Shown: positions 12,833-25,499 of the stretch, piece after piece | Position numbering within the stretch: the stretch's first letter is position 1 | How the letters are laid out: each line of letters begins with the position of its first letter | Origin: Octopus vulgaris | Taxonomy: Eukaryota | Reading direction: 5' to 3' | Assembly (NCBI GenBank): GCA_951406725.2 | Contig: OX597830.1 | Coordinates: 42,966,001 to 43,030,000, forward strand | DNA: 64,000 bases | Made by a program: the position numbers and the translations under genes | The notes under the pieces: generated by a model | The model's database searches: none | What the model saw: the letters and a program-made list of their open reading frames with translations, nothing else | What the model was told of the DNA's origin: nothing

Positions 12833-13277
12833 GTAAGAATTTTTCCATTACATATATGAGAATGCATGAGAATGCATGCATATATGCGTGTTTGTGCGTT
12901 TTTGTGTGCGTGTGTATGTGTATGTGTTTGTGCATGCTTGTGAGTGTGTGTGTATGTGTGTGTATGTGTGTGTGTGTGTTTTATTAAATAGTTGGCTTTC
13001 ATTGTTATTTTTTATCTTTTGGTTCAGCCTTTGGACTGTGGCTATGCCGTGACATTGAAGGGTTTTAATTGAATTCATTGACCCTAATACTAATGTTTTA
13101 AGTTTGTTATTTTTCTATCAGTCTCTATTGCTGAACTACTAAGTTATAGGGATATTAACAAATCAAAACTGATCATCAAGTGGAGGGGAAGCAGTACAAA
13201 CACAGACACAAAGACATACTCTTAAGACATGCTCACATACACACACAATCACATATCTACCTCTGTCTGTCTGTCAG

Positions 13278-13315
<38 letters not shown>

Positions 13316-13317
<2 letters not shown>

Positions 13318-13617
13318 TTTACAAGATAAGGGCAAAAGAAAAATTCTAATGCCAAATATGCCGAAAAAAAGACAATAATTGTCAATAAACCATTATAATT
13401 TATGCGTCTCGAAACAAACCGCATATTTGCCACTGAAGAGGGGAAAATTTCTTACGAATTAACCCCGAAATTGGACCAATACAGTATAACGAATTTTTTA
13501 GAGATTTCTATTGGTTTGTTTCGAGATGCATAAATTATAATGATTTATTGACAATTATTGTCTTTTTTTCGGCATATTTGGCATTAGAATTTTTCTTTTG
13601 CCCTTATCTTGTAAATT
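13316..13617. repeat. 105-bp inverted repeat pair enclosing a hammerhead core (Penelope-type inverted pLTR)
   Basis: Arms 13316-13420 and 13513-13617 are near-perfect reverse complements. Confidence 0.85.
13425..13487 (+). ncRNA. Minimal type-I hammerhead ribozyme-like motif
   Basis: CTGAAGA-gggg..cccc-GAAA-ttgg a ccaa-TA: palindromic stem III and AUA cleavage triplet. Confidence 0.55.
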
Positions 13618-13707
13618 TATTTATAAATTTAACCGTTAAAGGTATTTTTTGATATGCTGGCCATTGATAAAATTTTTTTCCCGAAAAAAATTTTATCCTA
13701 CACTAGT

Positions 13708-13740
<33 letters not shown>

Positions 13741-13945
13741 CATAGTGGGTGTAGGCCGGTTTACGGGGTTACCCTGGGTTTCTTGCTCATAAAGGGTTTA
13801 GCCTTACACCATATCTGCAGACCCCAAACACTGCTGGCCTGAGACCTCTTTAAAATATGGAGGAAGAAAGCCTCGTTTTTAAGGATGAAATCCTACGTGA
13901 TTATCTCTCTTTGCCATTGTCCATCGATCTACGACTGTACTGCTG

Positions 13946-14135
13946 TCTTGCAGTTACCAAAGCACCATGAAGGTAAATGATTGTTGCCCTTTGGTTTCTA
14001 GCTGTTGGTGTCGCCATGCAGATTCCAAAAAGCCAGAAGGAATTTTCTAATTTTCTGGCACCACAGCTGGAAACCAATAGCCAAAACCAAAGGGAGACAA
14101 TCATTTACCTTCATGGTGCTTTGGTTACAGCAAGA
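13946..14135. repeat. Fold-back inverted repeat
   Basis: About 63-bp arms (tcttgcagttaccaaagcaccatgaaggtaaatgattgt / acaatcatttaccttcatggtgctttggttacagcaaga). Confidence 0.85.
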
Positions 14136-14434
14136 TGACATATACAAGGATTAAATAAATCCAGGTGACTACCTCTTTAAGCACTCTGCAGAAACTGAAT
14201 CTGGTTAACTAAATTGCCCAGTTATTATCACAGTAATCCAAATGCGATATTATTTATTGAATTTGGTATGTTATTTACAGAGTTTATTAGAAAAACGTAT
14301 AGAATGAAGATATAGCTTGCATGCATTTGAAATAGACTGGCATGACTCAAATGATGCACATTTGAATATGCAAGTTTAATCAGTCCTTCATTTGAGTGGC
14401 TAAATGTTTGACTGAAGACAAATTTGGAAATGTA

Positions 14435-15679
14435 CACTGATATAACAGAAGTAAATAGACACTCCATAAAACATCGTTTTATGTTTATTCTAACTTGTAA
14501 AAAGTTTATATTTTTGATTAATTGGCATTTTTGTTTCAGATTCTATATGTAACTGTTTAATCATGCTATCTACAAAAGAAGCCTTGGAACTGTCTGAATT
14601 TCAAAGAGACCATATTGTGGGTCAATCTGAAGGTGGACATAGTGTAAAATCACAGAAAATCTTGGGATTCTATTTTCTACAGTTAATAAAGTGGTTGTGC
14701 AATTCACCAGAGAGGGGAAGGAGACCACATCACCTCACCCTGGTTGACCAGGGCTCTCTGACAGGTACCTTCTCTTTGTTAAGAGAAACATGGAGGATAA
14801 TCCTTGTTGCAAAGCTTGTGCCATAGTAGAACATGTTGATGTCAGTCCCAGAACAGCTACCAAGCATCTCCATTAACTTGGTTACTATGGCAGAGCAGCA
14901 AGAAGGAAGCCTCTTCTTTGACCAGCGAAATCAAGCAGGGAAAAGATTGGGCCAGTGAGATGGCGGAGAGACCACTAGCATTTTGGGACACTGTCATATT
15001 CTCCAATGAGTCCAGATTTGCTGTATTTTCTGACAGAGGTTGAATATGGGTTTGGAGACTCTGTGATCAAGAATTTGATGTGAAAAGATTGCAGCCAACA
15101 ATGAAACATGGCAGCTATTCTGTGATGGTTTGAGGAGCAATTTGGAGCAATGGTCAATCAGAGCTGGTGGATGTGAGAGAAACATAAACTCAGATAAATA
15201 TATGTCCATATTGCAGAAAGGATTCCTTTCAATCTTCTCCAGTGCTGAAATGATTAGAAAAGACTCTTTATTGAAGAAGTGGCTCCTTGTCACATGGCTA
15301 AAATGACCCAAGATTTGTTGGATGAGAATCATGTTAAAAAGCTTCCATGGTTTAGCCAGTCACCATATATGAACCCTATTGAATACTTCTGGGTTACAAT
15401 GGACAGGAGACTTCATAAAAAGAACAAGAAAGCATCTTCAAAGCCAGATCTTTTGAGATTACTGCATGAAACTTGGCAAGGAATTCCTCAAGAGAATATT
15501 TGTCATCTGATCATTAACATGCCCAATAGGGTCCTTGCATTGAAAAATGCAAGGGGCATGTGTACTAAATATTAAATGTTCACATTATAAAAATTAATAC
15601 ATAATTTAAACGTATAACTTCAGATTTAAATAAATTTGAACGATTATAACGATGTCTATTTACTTCTGTCATGTCTGTG
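14435..15679 (+). mobile_element. Tc1-like DNA transposon, defective
   Basis: About 27-bp TIRs cactgatataacagaagtaaatagaca / tgtctatttacttctgtcatgtctgtg, TA on the left. Remnants ELSEFQRDHIVG and WFSQSPYMNPIEYFW. Confidence 0.88.
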
Positions 15680-16061
15680 CAGATTCTTATTCGTTCTTAT
15701 TCATTCATGTATAGAAAAAAGGCTAATTCTACAGATCTTAGTAAATGCATTTTTTCCAATAATAATAATATTGTATATGACTTGAGATGTTTGCCCTGCC
15801 TTAATGTTTTTTGTTCTTTTTAACAATTATATATCTGCTATATAGGTATCTGCAATGGCTCCATAACTACTGTTTTGGCTAAAACCTTGGAGCCCTAGTA
15901 ATCCAGCGTACCTAATTGTTTAGATCACCTGTGAACTAAACCCCATACTTTTTATTATGTATGTATTTTAATATTTTACTTAGGCATAGTAAGATTAATA
16001 ACTAGGTGTAGAACTCAATATATGTATGCTTCAGAACATGATGTTAGGCGAATATGTATTT

Positions 16062-16098
<37 letters not shown>

Positions 16099-16506
16099 CG
16101 CACGCACACACACACACACACACACACGCATGCACACACATGAGCGCCTTAATGTCATGAAGTAACAAATCACTGGTTATAGCACATTAACTGGTCAGAC
16201 AGTTACAGTTCGTTTCACTTTTACTAGTACCACTAGACAATGTTGATGTGTCTTCATTCATGCTTGTCCACAAGCTAGTATGTCTGGAGTGACATGGGTA
16301 TTTTCTTGTGGCAATATTTAATGTGAAACCAATGGTGATGTTTTGATTAGTATATAGTTATATGCCACAACCAGTAATATATTGTTTGACAATATAAAAT
16401 TTATCCACTCAGTTGTTTATAGTGAATATAATTTTGCCTCTGATTTACAAGCAACTAACTTCAAATTATATATATATTCTGTAATGTTTACTGATTTGTA
16501 TTTTAG

Positions 16507-16694
16507 CTTTAGTTTTCAAAAGGTGCAGGAAAGGAGTTATCACCACTGGTCCTTCCAAAGATATGAGCTTATCTATGAGTTTTCTGTACGTCCCCCTTTG
16601 CCTCCACCTTTTATACTGCTCAGTAACATCTACCAATTTTGTCACTATCTACATAAGAAAGCAAGAAATGCATATCAAAAACGCTCTGTATTTA
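16507..16694 (+). CDS. TRPM: TRPM exon, TRP domain (FSFQKVQERSYHHWSFQRYELIYEFSVRPPLPPPF...)
   Basis: ttttag acceptor, a|gtaagt donor, 188 nt, phase 2->1. TRP box WSFQR (canonical WKFQR) and LPPPF motif. Confidence 0.95.
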
Positions 16695-17489
16695 GTAAGT
16701 ATCTTTTCTGTATCTTTTGACTCTGTTATCATGATGAGATAAAATTTTTCAGATTTGTACACCTACATAGTATTACTGTAAAAACCCATGTAAACCGTGC
16801 ACCTATGTGATTTACACAGGTGGTTTTCAGGATAAAAATTGTTAAAAAGAGCTTCTCTTCATAAAATTTGCTCCCAAAAGTTTTCAGAATTGCCAATATG
16901 GCCAGGGTAAAGTTTTTCAATTTAGTTGTATTTAGCATAATTTCACTTACCTATGATTAGATTTTATTAAATTTTCATTAAATAAAAATAATTTCTGTTT
17001 AATAGGTATCACGTTGAAAGCTATTAAATTATAAAGTGTTTGTGTTGTCTTCTATATAAATAAAATTGATTTTGCAGGACTGACACGAATCAGTCCATTT
17101 TACTCGTTTGGTATACCCTCCTTCTCCTCACTTATGAGACTGACAATGGGAGTCTACTTTAGCCACTTGGTATACCCTCCTCCTCCCTTGACGTTAGTAT
17201 TCCAATAATAAAAATAAATAATTGAAAAACATGATGCTGATTGTGTGTGTGTGTGTGTGTGTGTGCTTGCATGCATTTAAATGTATGAAACTGAGTACAT
17301 TTGTGTGTGTACACATAACTGTATGAGGTCGTGTGTGTTTGTATGTGTATGTAACTGTATGAGACTGTGTGTGTGCATATATGCACATACCTGTATGAGA
17401 CTGTGTTTGTGTGTCTCCATGTAACGGAAAATAACCGAAGTATTATTTTACAAATTGTGAGCATGCATATATGATATAATGAAGGAAAT

Positions 17490-17740
17490 TGTTGTATACA
17501 GTGCTTAGGTGAACTACAACTAAAAAAAAAAATGATGTAGTGTCTCGACAGTTACCAACTGATGCAGGTAGTTTATTCCATGCTTCAGCAATTCTGAGCA
17601 TGAAAAATGTTTCTGAAAGTCATGGGTGCTGTGTTGTTTTTTGATTTTATAAGCATGTGCATGAGTGTTAGAGATATGGAATTCAAAAAAGTGCCCAAGG
17701 TTGTTGGAAAGATGGTGGATAATCTTGTTTATAATAAATT
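17490..17740 (-). mobile_element. CR1/L2-type LINE 3' fragment
   Basis: Minus strand reads HAYKIKKQHSTHDFQKHF..RIAEAWNKLPASV. Confidence 0.6.
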
Positions 17741-19296
17741 TTTTTTACATTTCGTGCAAAAAAACAAAAAAGTGCATAAATTACATGGGTTTTTACAGCA
17801 GTCACTGTTAGATACACTTTTCGTCACTAACATACTCAACTAAATTACTGTTTGTTCTTGAGTCACAAAAGACAGAGCTATGTGCCATAATGAGTGATCA
17901 TTTATAGGGTCACTTGATTTGTTAAATATAGCAACAGCACTTGGATCACACTCCACTGTCTTAAAAAGCAAAAGAAATGCATTAAGAAATGTAGTTCTAG
18001 ATAACCTTTGACAGAATAAGCTGGTCATGGATGGAATGAATGTCTTTAACCACACTTCTGCTCAATAAAAATTGACTTTGAGCTAATTAACAACTAACCA
18101 ATGACAGAAAAGTAAGATTCTAACCTAGTCTAACACTGCATCTTAACCACAGAGCTACCTAATACTATAACCACTGAAGCCACACTAAACTATATTGTCA
18201 CTACAATTTAACCATTAAATTATTTTCTATTCAATTAAATCATGCAAGTAATACTAAAATCTGTAGCCACTACATAGTTTTGTTCTTCTCCTGTTGACAC
18301 TACATTGTACCTATCAATTTATCTGTTTCCACTGTTGCTACAAATCTCTGTGTTTCTACTCCTTTCTATGAACACTGCAATATCAACTATGTGTTACCAC
18401 TACATTCTGTAGCTATTACATTTTTATATTTGTGTTTGCAGTACATACTTAAACCAGTACAATATTATCTGTGTATTACTAATACATTCCATAGTCCCTA
18501 CACTGTTACCAGTAGGCTATTGCTTCAAGCCTACAAAATTATCAAGGTTTTCTTACTATATACTGTAGTTACTCTAACATTATAATTTATCATTATAATC
18601 CATTGTTACCACAACTTTATCTTTTAATTTATTAATGCATTACCATTACACTTTGTAGCAAGTGAACCCTTTTCTCTTAATTCTATTATATATAACATAG
18701 TCACTGGCCTCTTATCTATGTGTTTACTACCTACAATGGATCACTACTATACTCTATGACCATATCTTACCATTGTACATATAAGACTCAATGACTGCAT
18801 TTCGGTGTTGTAACTTCACTTCTTAACTGTTGCATTATCAATACATTATTGCTACACACCACAACCACGATAACAATTTTCCTTCCAGGCAAATATCATA
18901 CACTCCATAGGAACTACATCTTTATCTCTGAAGATGTGTGTTAAAATCACATCTTTTGATAATGATAAGATTTTACCCTGACACTCTGTAACCACAGCAG
19001 AATTATCTATATGTTATCACCACATTACATAACTACTACCACTTTATCTGGATGTTACATATATTCATTAAAACATTATCTTCTGTGTAGCTGCAACATT
19101 CTATATGTTACCATTACAAGTTTTATCTATATATTATCCCTACACTCTACAATTTCCCCCGAGAACTTTATCTGTGTTCATCTACACTCTGTAACCACTA
19201 ACATTTTAACTATGTGTTATCAAGGTACTCTATAGCGAATACAACTTACGTACAATTGTTCATATAATTAACTTCAACTTGACCTTTCTTCTACAG

Positions 19297-19429
19297 GTAA
19301 ACAATTTGACGTTAATAGAAGCAAACATTTAATTCTCTGGGAAGATCAGATGGTCGACTCTTACATATCAAAGAAAGATATATCTGTCAGTGATAACTTG
19401 TATGAGAAAGTGATTTCGTCATCCAATAG
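19297..19429 (+). CDS. TRPM: TRPM exon, C-terminal rib helix (KQFDVNRSKHLILWEDQMVDSYI...SSNR)
   Basis: ctacag acceptor, ag|gtaagc donor, 133 nt, phase 1->2, frame-compatible with both neighbours. LxxWE...Y pattern. Confidence 0.88.
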
Positions 19430-21444
19430 GTAAGCTCATCTTTTTCTCACCAGTAGAACAATTTTTTGCTTTGACAAAAGAACCAATTCTTGTAAGAGTG
19501 AATTCTTGTAAGTAGTTGACTGAATATACTCTAGAATATTACATGCATCTTAATAGTCCTGATTAGAAAAGGATAAAGTTGATTCCAATGAAATTCAAAC
19601 TTGGAATAAAAGAAAAATTACAAGTCTGGAGTTAGAATGTATGAATTGATACTATTTCATTTGTGATATTCATTTTATTAAATCTAGAAATAAGAAAAGT
19701 AGGTTTGGCATAAAACAATATAAACAATGTGTTTTGGTATATTACTATCTCAGCCATTTCTCCACTTTAAATTAAAATTTCTAATTTATTCAGAAGGTTA
19801 GAAATTTAGAGGGGAGGGGATTAGTCATTACCACTGATCCCTGTATAAGACTGGTACTTAATCTTATTGACCCTGATATGTTGAAAGGCAAAGATGACCT
19901 TGGTGGGATTTGAACTCAGAAGGTAAAGAGCCAGGACAAATACCACAAGGCATTTTCTCTGATGTTTTAATAATTTGGCCATTTTGATGTCTATTTAATA
20001 GGAATTTTGGAATAAACTTAGTGCCAGTTTTGTATGATTCAGTTGGGTACACCAATCTGAGCCAATCTTTCTTCCAATGCACATTTTATTTACATCATGG
20101 AGGATAAAGGGCAATGCTAATTGCAGCAAAATTTAAAATCAGAATCTAAAGTCGAAAATTAGTAAAAGCTTCTAGGATCAGCAAACAGCTTCTAGGGAGA
20201 TGGATACTTGTCATTGGTTATATGAGATTGAATGAATAGAAAATGTCTTTGGAAATAGACATTATTTTAAATATTTGGTATTCCAGGTAAATGAAGATGT
20301 GGTGTTTAATAGTTATATTATCTTTGATTGAAGAGTTTTGTTAAATTATCTTTTCAAGTCTATGACACAATATTGAATTGCAATCATTTCACTTTCTTTA
20401 TACCACTATAACCCTTGAAATTGAAGCATAAAAATCACACATATTTTATTCCTTTCCTTAAAAATAACAAGCTTCATGTCAATAATTTTTAATCAAAAGC
20501 TAGGAGAGGATCACCAAGCACATTTACTACACAAAGGTTTCTGAGTTTATGGCAATGACCTGATAAAGCCATTTATCATCTTATAAAATTTAACTTGATT
20601 CAACTTTATAACAGGTCATGAGATAATAACTGACATCTTGATCCCAATAATGGTATGAAAATTTATCTATTTATCTTGTTTGAATAGCCCTGTTGCTATC
20701 TTCAAGAATTCATTTAATAATGTTGAACCTTTGGTGATAGAGTTGTTTAAAAAGTGTCTGAAACCCATAGAAAGCCTCTCCAGTTCAACACTCCAAATTA
20801 ACACAATACTTTACCTTGTTGATTAGAACACTGAGTTGTATCTACTGTTAAGAGGAAAGACCAGTTAAGTGTTTTAACCTTGAACTTATGCAACACCAGT
20901 GACAAACTACAAACACTTAACCATTAGTTCTATACCCTATTTACTCAAACACTTGCATCCTTACTCTTTTCCTCAAATAACTCTATCGATGTTAAGAAAT
21001 TGACACTATACTTCTATTGTGAATATTTTGTCTGATCTAGAAGTATAATTATTTATACTGACAAATAATAAAAGGAAAATGTCAATTAATTTAATAGGAA
21101 GGATTTTAATTTTGCTTATAACTTCATATTGGTTTTTAATTTTGTGACACAAAAAGTTTTCTTGAGTGAAATCATCAGTTGAAAACAGTAACTGATATGT
21201 AATGCATATATAATAATAGCATCATTCCATCATTAAATATATTCAGTACAAAACTGATTTATTGTGAGCCATTTCTCTACAATTCCTCAATCAGGGCTGA
21301 CCTGGGGTTAAATAACAAAAAAAAAAAAAAGAAGTTATCAATGTTCCAAACTATTTTAAGTTCTTGACTCATTTAAAGGTTTTCATTAAAAATTGCACCC
21401 ATAGCTTTTAATGAAGACTTTAATGTTGTACTTTTTCCTTCCAG

Positions 21445-21499
21445 AATTGACCAATTAGCATTGAAGGTTGAAGAATTACAACATAATGTTGAAGAAAAG
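21445..21499 (+). CDS. TRPM: TRPM exon, coiled coil (RIDQLALKVEELQHNVEEK)
   Basis: ttccag acceptor, aag|gtttgt donor, 55 nt, phase 2->0, heptad pattern. Confidence 0.85.
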
Positions 21500-22904
21500 G
21501 TTTGTTGTTTATTGTTTTTAATCTATTATCAGTTTTAATAGGAAAATTTCTGTAAAATTTTATTCAGTCATTATTTAGTAAAATATTTTCTTTTTAAAAT
21601 TATATATTTCTCCAAATTCAAAATGAAATTATTGACTGAATGAATAATATTTAGAGAATATTAGAATTTCTTATAGACATAGATTCATAAGATTGGTCTG
21701 TTAAGTGATGAAGAGAAGAAATAATTAGAAATACAGTGGTTATAGGGACTAAGGTCAGCTTTATTGTGAAGGGGTTGTACCATTGTTTCTTAGGCACAAG
21801 CAACACATCTTCACTAGTTTTAAAAGGAAAAGAAACAAACAAATTCAAATTTTAGAACAAAGTTTGGAAGATGAACCTGTATAACAACTTCAGATGTCAT
21901 TAGTAAAACATGGTCTTCTCATGATACTGGTTTACTTGAGTTATTTTTCTTAGTACATACTTTGTAATTCTTTAGATTATACTGGCCAAAATTCCTCCTA
22001 ACTCTTTTCTTTCATCGTAAAATATATCTTTCCACCAACCAGAATAACCTAAATTCAGACCATGGTCCCATTTGAGTTATTTCCCTTTCTAATACTGATT
22101 AGTTGTCAAGACATATTGGTCCCAGAAGAGCTTTAATTAATGGTGTGACACTGTTGAAAACAAACAGAAGACACACCTCACTAATTAGCAAATAATTATG
22201 TTAATGGTGAGTGAATTAAGGGTATATGAGTTTCCTGTATGCAGCTGGAATGCTGATATGTATGTTTGCTGCACTATCGTATATACAAGCAATATTCTCA
22301 TGAAGGACATATTAGTCTGTAATGAAATAGCAATTGTTGAAGCCTTTTGTTCCTTCTGTTTGTTATTTGTTAATTTAAATTTCTTTAGGAGATAGAATCT
22401 GAGCAAAAATAAATAAATAAATAGAATAAAATAAATAAAACAACCAACAATCTATTTTTTAAATGACTGCTTGATAAGATAATCCATTTACTAAGACAGC
22501 ATGTCTTGTACAATTCCAGCACAAGATACTGCAATAGGTAGTGTTGAAAGGAGATAATATGTGCTTATAGACTTAACTAAATAAGGAGTTATTTTCATTA
22601 TAAATTCTAATCTTAGCATATTACTGCTATTGATTAATTAACCACAAAGTGATCAAAGGCAAAAATTAACCATGGCATGATTTGAATGTAGGATGTACAG
22701 GGAAAAGATTGTATAATAATATATTTTGTTGTTTAGTTCTTTTCAGTTCTGATCAAACAGAAGATTACAATCTATGATTTATAATCCATGATCAGAAGAA
22801 TCCAGTCATAACTATCCCATTTTTTAGTCTGACATAGTATATCTAGAACTTCATTACCCAATATGACTTGCCATTTTTAGGAAAATCTCACTTATTTGTT
22901 GCAG

Positions 22905-23003
22905 ATTGAGGAGGGGCTGCATGTTCGGATGGAAAATGTAAAGAAAAAACTTGATACAATTACTGCATTGTTAAATAGAATGCAGGAGCAAACACATCTC
23001 TAA
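22905..23003 (+). CDS. TRPM: TRPM terminal coding exon (IEEGLHVRMENVKKKLDTITALLNRMQEQTHL*)
   Basis: ttgcag acceptor (in-frame alternative at 22880), heptad pattern, TAA at 23001-23003, AATAAA at 23157 and 23612. Confidence 0.8.
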   Translation: MEEGLHVRMENVKKKLDTITALLNRMQEQTHL

Positions 23004-24958
23004 CGAAATAGCTCTTGGAGAAGACTTTCCTGAATCTAACAAAACATGTACTTACCGACTTCTGGAGAATCCTGTCCACTATATCACCTCTATATAACCA
23101 TATAACTATAAAATTACCATTTATTGCACTTAACGCATCAATTAGTTACTAATATTAATAAAACATAACAACACAGAAATAGATTCTAAAGTAAAAAAGC
23201 AAGGTATATGCCAAATATTTTAATCCTATTTCTAATCTAATATTTTAATGTAATATATTAACATATAATTTACTAACAGTCAGGGAAATACAAGAACCTG
23301 AAGTAAAAGACATAGAGATAACACTTTGGAATTAGTGATGGAGCCTAACCAACTTAATGAGAATTCTCTCTACTATATCCACGATATATAATCATATAAC
23401 TATATAATTAACATTTACTACATTTAATATTCAGAAAGTTTTTTACCTTTATTCTTCTAAAATATTAAAAATAGTCAGATATGTTATTTTACTTTTACAG
23501 GTTCTAAAATAGTAATGATATTCAGAAATCTTTTTCACTTTTATTCTTCTGAAATTGTAAATATTTTCAGAAATCTAACTTTATGTTTATTATTCTAATT
23601 AACTTTAATGTAATAAAAATTTAATAAATATATCAATCCATCTATTTGTCTGTTTATTTTTTTTGCTTACCTGATTGCACACAAACCCATACACAAACAC
23701 ACACACATACAATGCGCACACACACACACACACATCCTTACACATTGTCCAGTCTTCCCTTTCTTTGCCTACCTTCCCTGACACATACAGCAATTGGCAT
23801 CCCCCACCCTTATCCCTCATTTGCTACATCTATCCTTCAGCTGTGCCCAGTCTTCACAGTTGTCACCTACATCCCATCAGTGATTCCTCAACTGTAATTC
23901 TCCCATGCACCCTTGAAATCCTCTCCCACCCACAGTCCTTGTTCGTATATTCCTGTTCTCTTCTATTCATCTTGGGTGTCTGCTTAAACACCACATCACC
24001 ACTATTTTCATCTCTTTCCACCTCCCCACCTTCTCTTATAAAGTAAGCAGACATGTAGTTTGTCTACTGCAAGGAGTATTTTCTGCTGTGGCTCTTTCTC
24101 TCAGCATTTAACTCCTCATATCCTAACATAAACCAACCTCTCTTAGGTTCATTGTTTTGCAAGTTGCAGCCTAACTAGTGCTGGTGGTACAGGAATATAG
24201 CCAGTATATGCAGTAACATGGTTGGCATTACAAAGGACATCTAACCATCAAACAACCTGCCAAACTAGACACTGAAGCAAGATGGTGAAGAAATATATAT
24301 ATCTATACCTATAAAATTCATTGTATGTGTGTGTATGTGTTTCCTCCATCGAAACCGCTGGATCAATCTGTACCAAATTTGTCGTGAAGGTTTTTCATTA
24401 ATCAGGGAAGTTTCTAGGGGAGAGCTCTCCCTGCTATACGATCCTTCCAAATTTTCTTTTTTTTTTAGCAGATTCCTATGTTTTTGATGACAGATTTTGA
24501 ATATGCAAAAGCCATGTTTTTAGAATTTTAAATTCTCCACACCACCCAAATTTTTAATTTTTAACTTTTTTCAAATTTGTTTTCAATCCATGTGGAAAAA
24601 TACAGAGATTAAGAATATGGAAAAAAATTTTCTATGAAGAACTCCAAAATTGATCCACACATCCCTCACCATTCCATTCCATTGTCTAAAACTGAAAATG
24701 AACCGCTAAAAATAACAGCTAAGTGTCTGGAAATTGTGTAAAATAACACGACAGAAGTGGTAAGGATAGTAAATTAGAGGAATGGGCAACATAAGTGCTA
24801 AACAAAACAGTACAAAGTAATTTTAGGGCTGAATAAGCACTAAGAGGAGTGTGAATAAATAGTTGAATTGAATGATTAGGAGGAAATGAAGTCATTAACT
24901 ATTAGTGTTTTGGTGCAACTCAATAGTTAAAAAAGTGAAACAGTTATCAAAAACAATG

Positions 24959-24989
<31 letters not shown>

Positions 24990-25276
24990 CATATCATCAG
25001 TAAATTGTAAGTCTGAAAGAGAAGCACACTCTAAGTTATAGAGCAGTAGAGTAATTAGATGAATATAGTTATGCTTAGCTTTACAGCGTTGCTTCATATC
25101 CTATGAAAAGATGCTGTGGAGCTTAGTGCTTTATGGATGTGAAACCCTGGGTAACTCCATAGACCAGCCACATCTAAAGAAAGGATGTGTATATGCAGAC
25201 AGACACTTCAATAATGCAAAACCCAGAATTTCAAAATTTCCATCTAGGCAACTCAGTGCAACAGGGGCAATCTCAG

Positions 25277-25376
25277 NNNNNNNNNNNNNNNNNNNNNNNN
25301 NNNNNNNNNNNNNNNNNNNNNNNNNNNNNNNNNNNNNNNNNNNNNNNNNNNNNNNNNNNNNNNNNNNNNNNNNNNN
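25277..25376. other. Assembly gap (100 N)
   Basis: Run of N. Confidence 1.
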
Positions 25377-25499
25377 CCATGCATATGGTGCTATATGTTG
25401 GAGTATCGGTTCAGCTAGCAATATATGCGGTTGCTTTTGTGAAGGTCTAAAGAAGACTGTTGTATTTTTAAAGTTGTAGAGATATTTGATCCATTCTTT

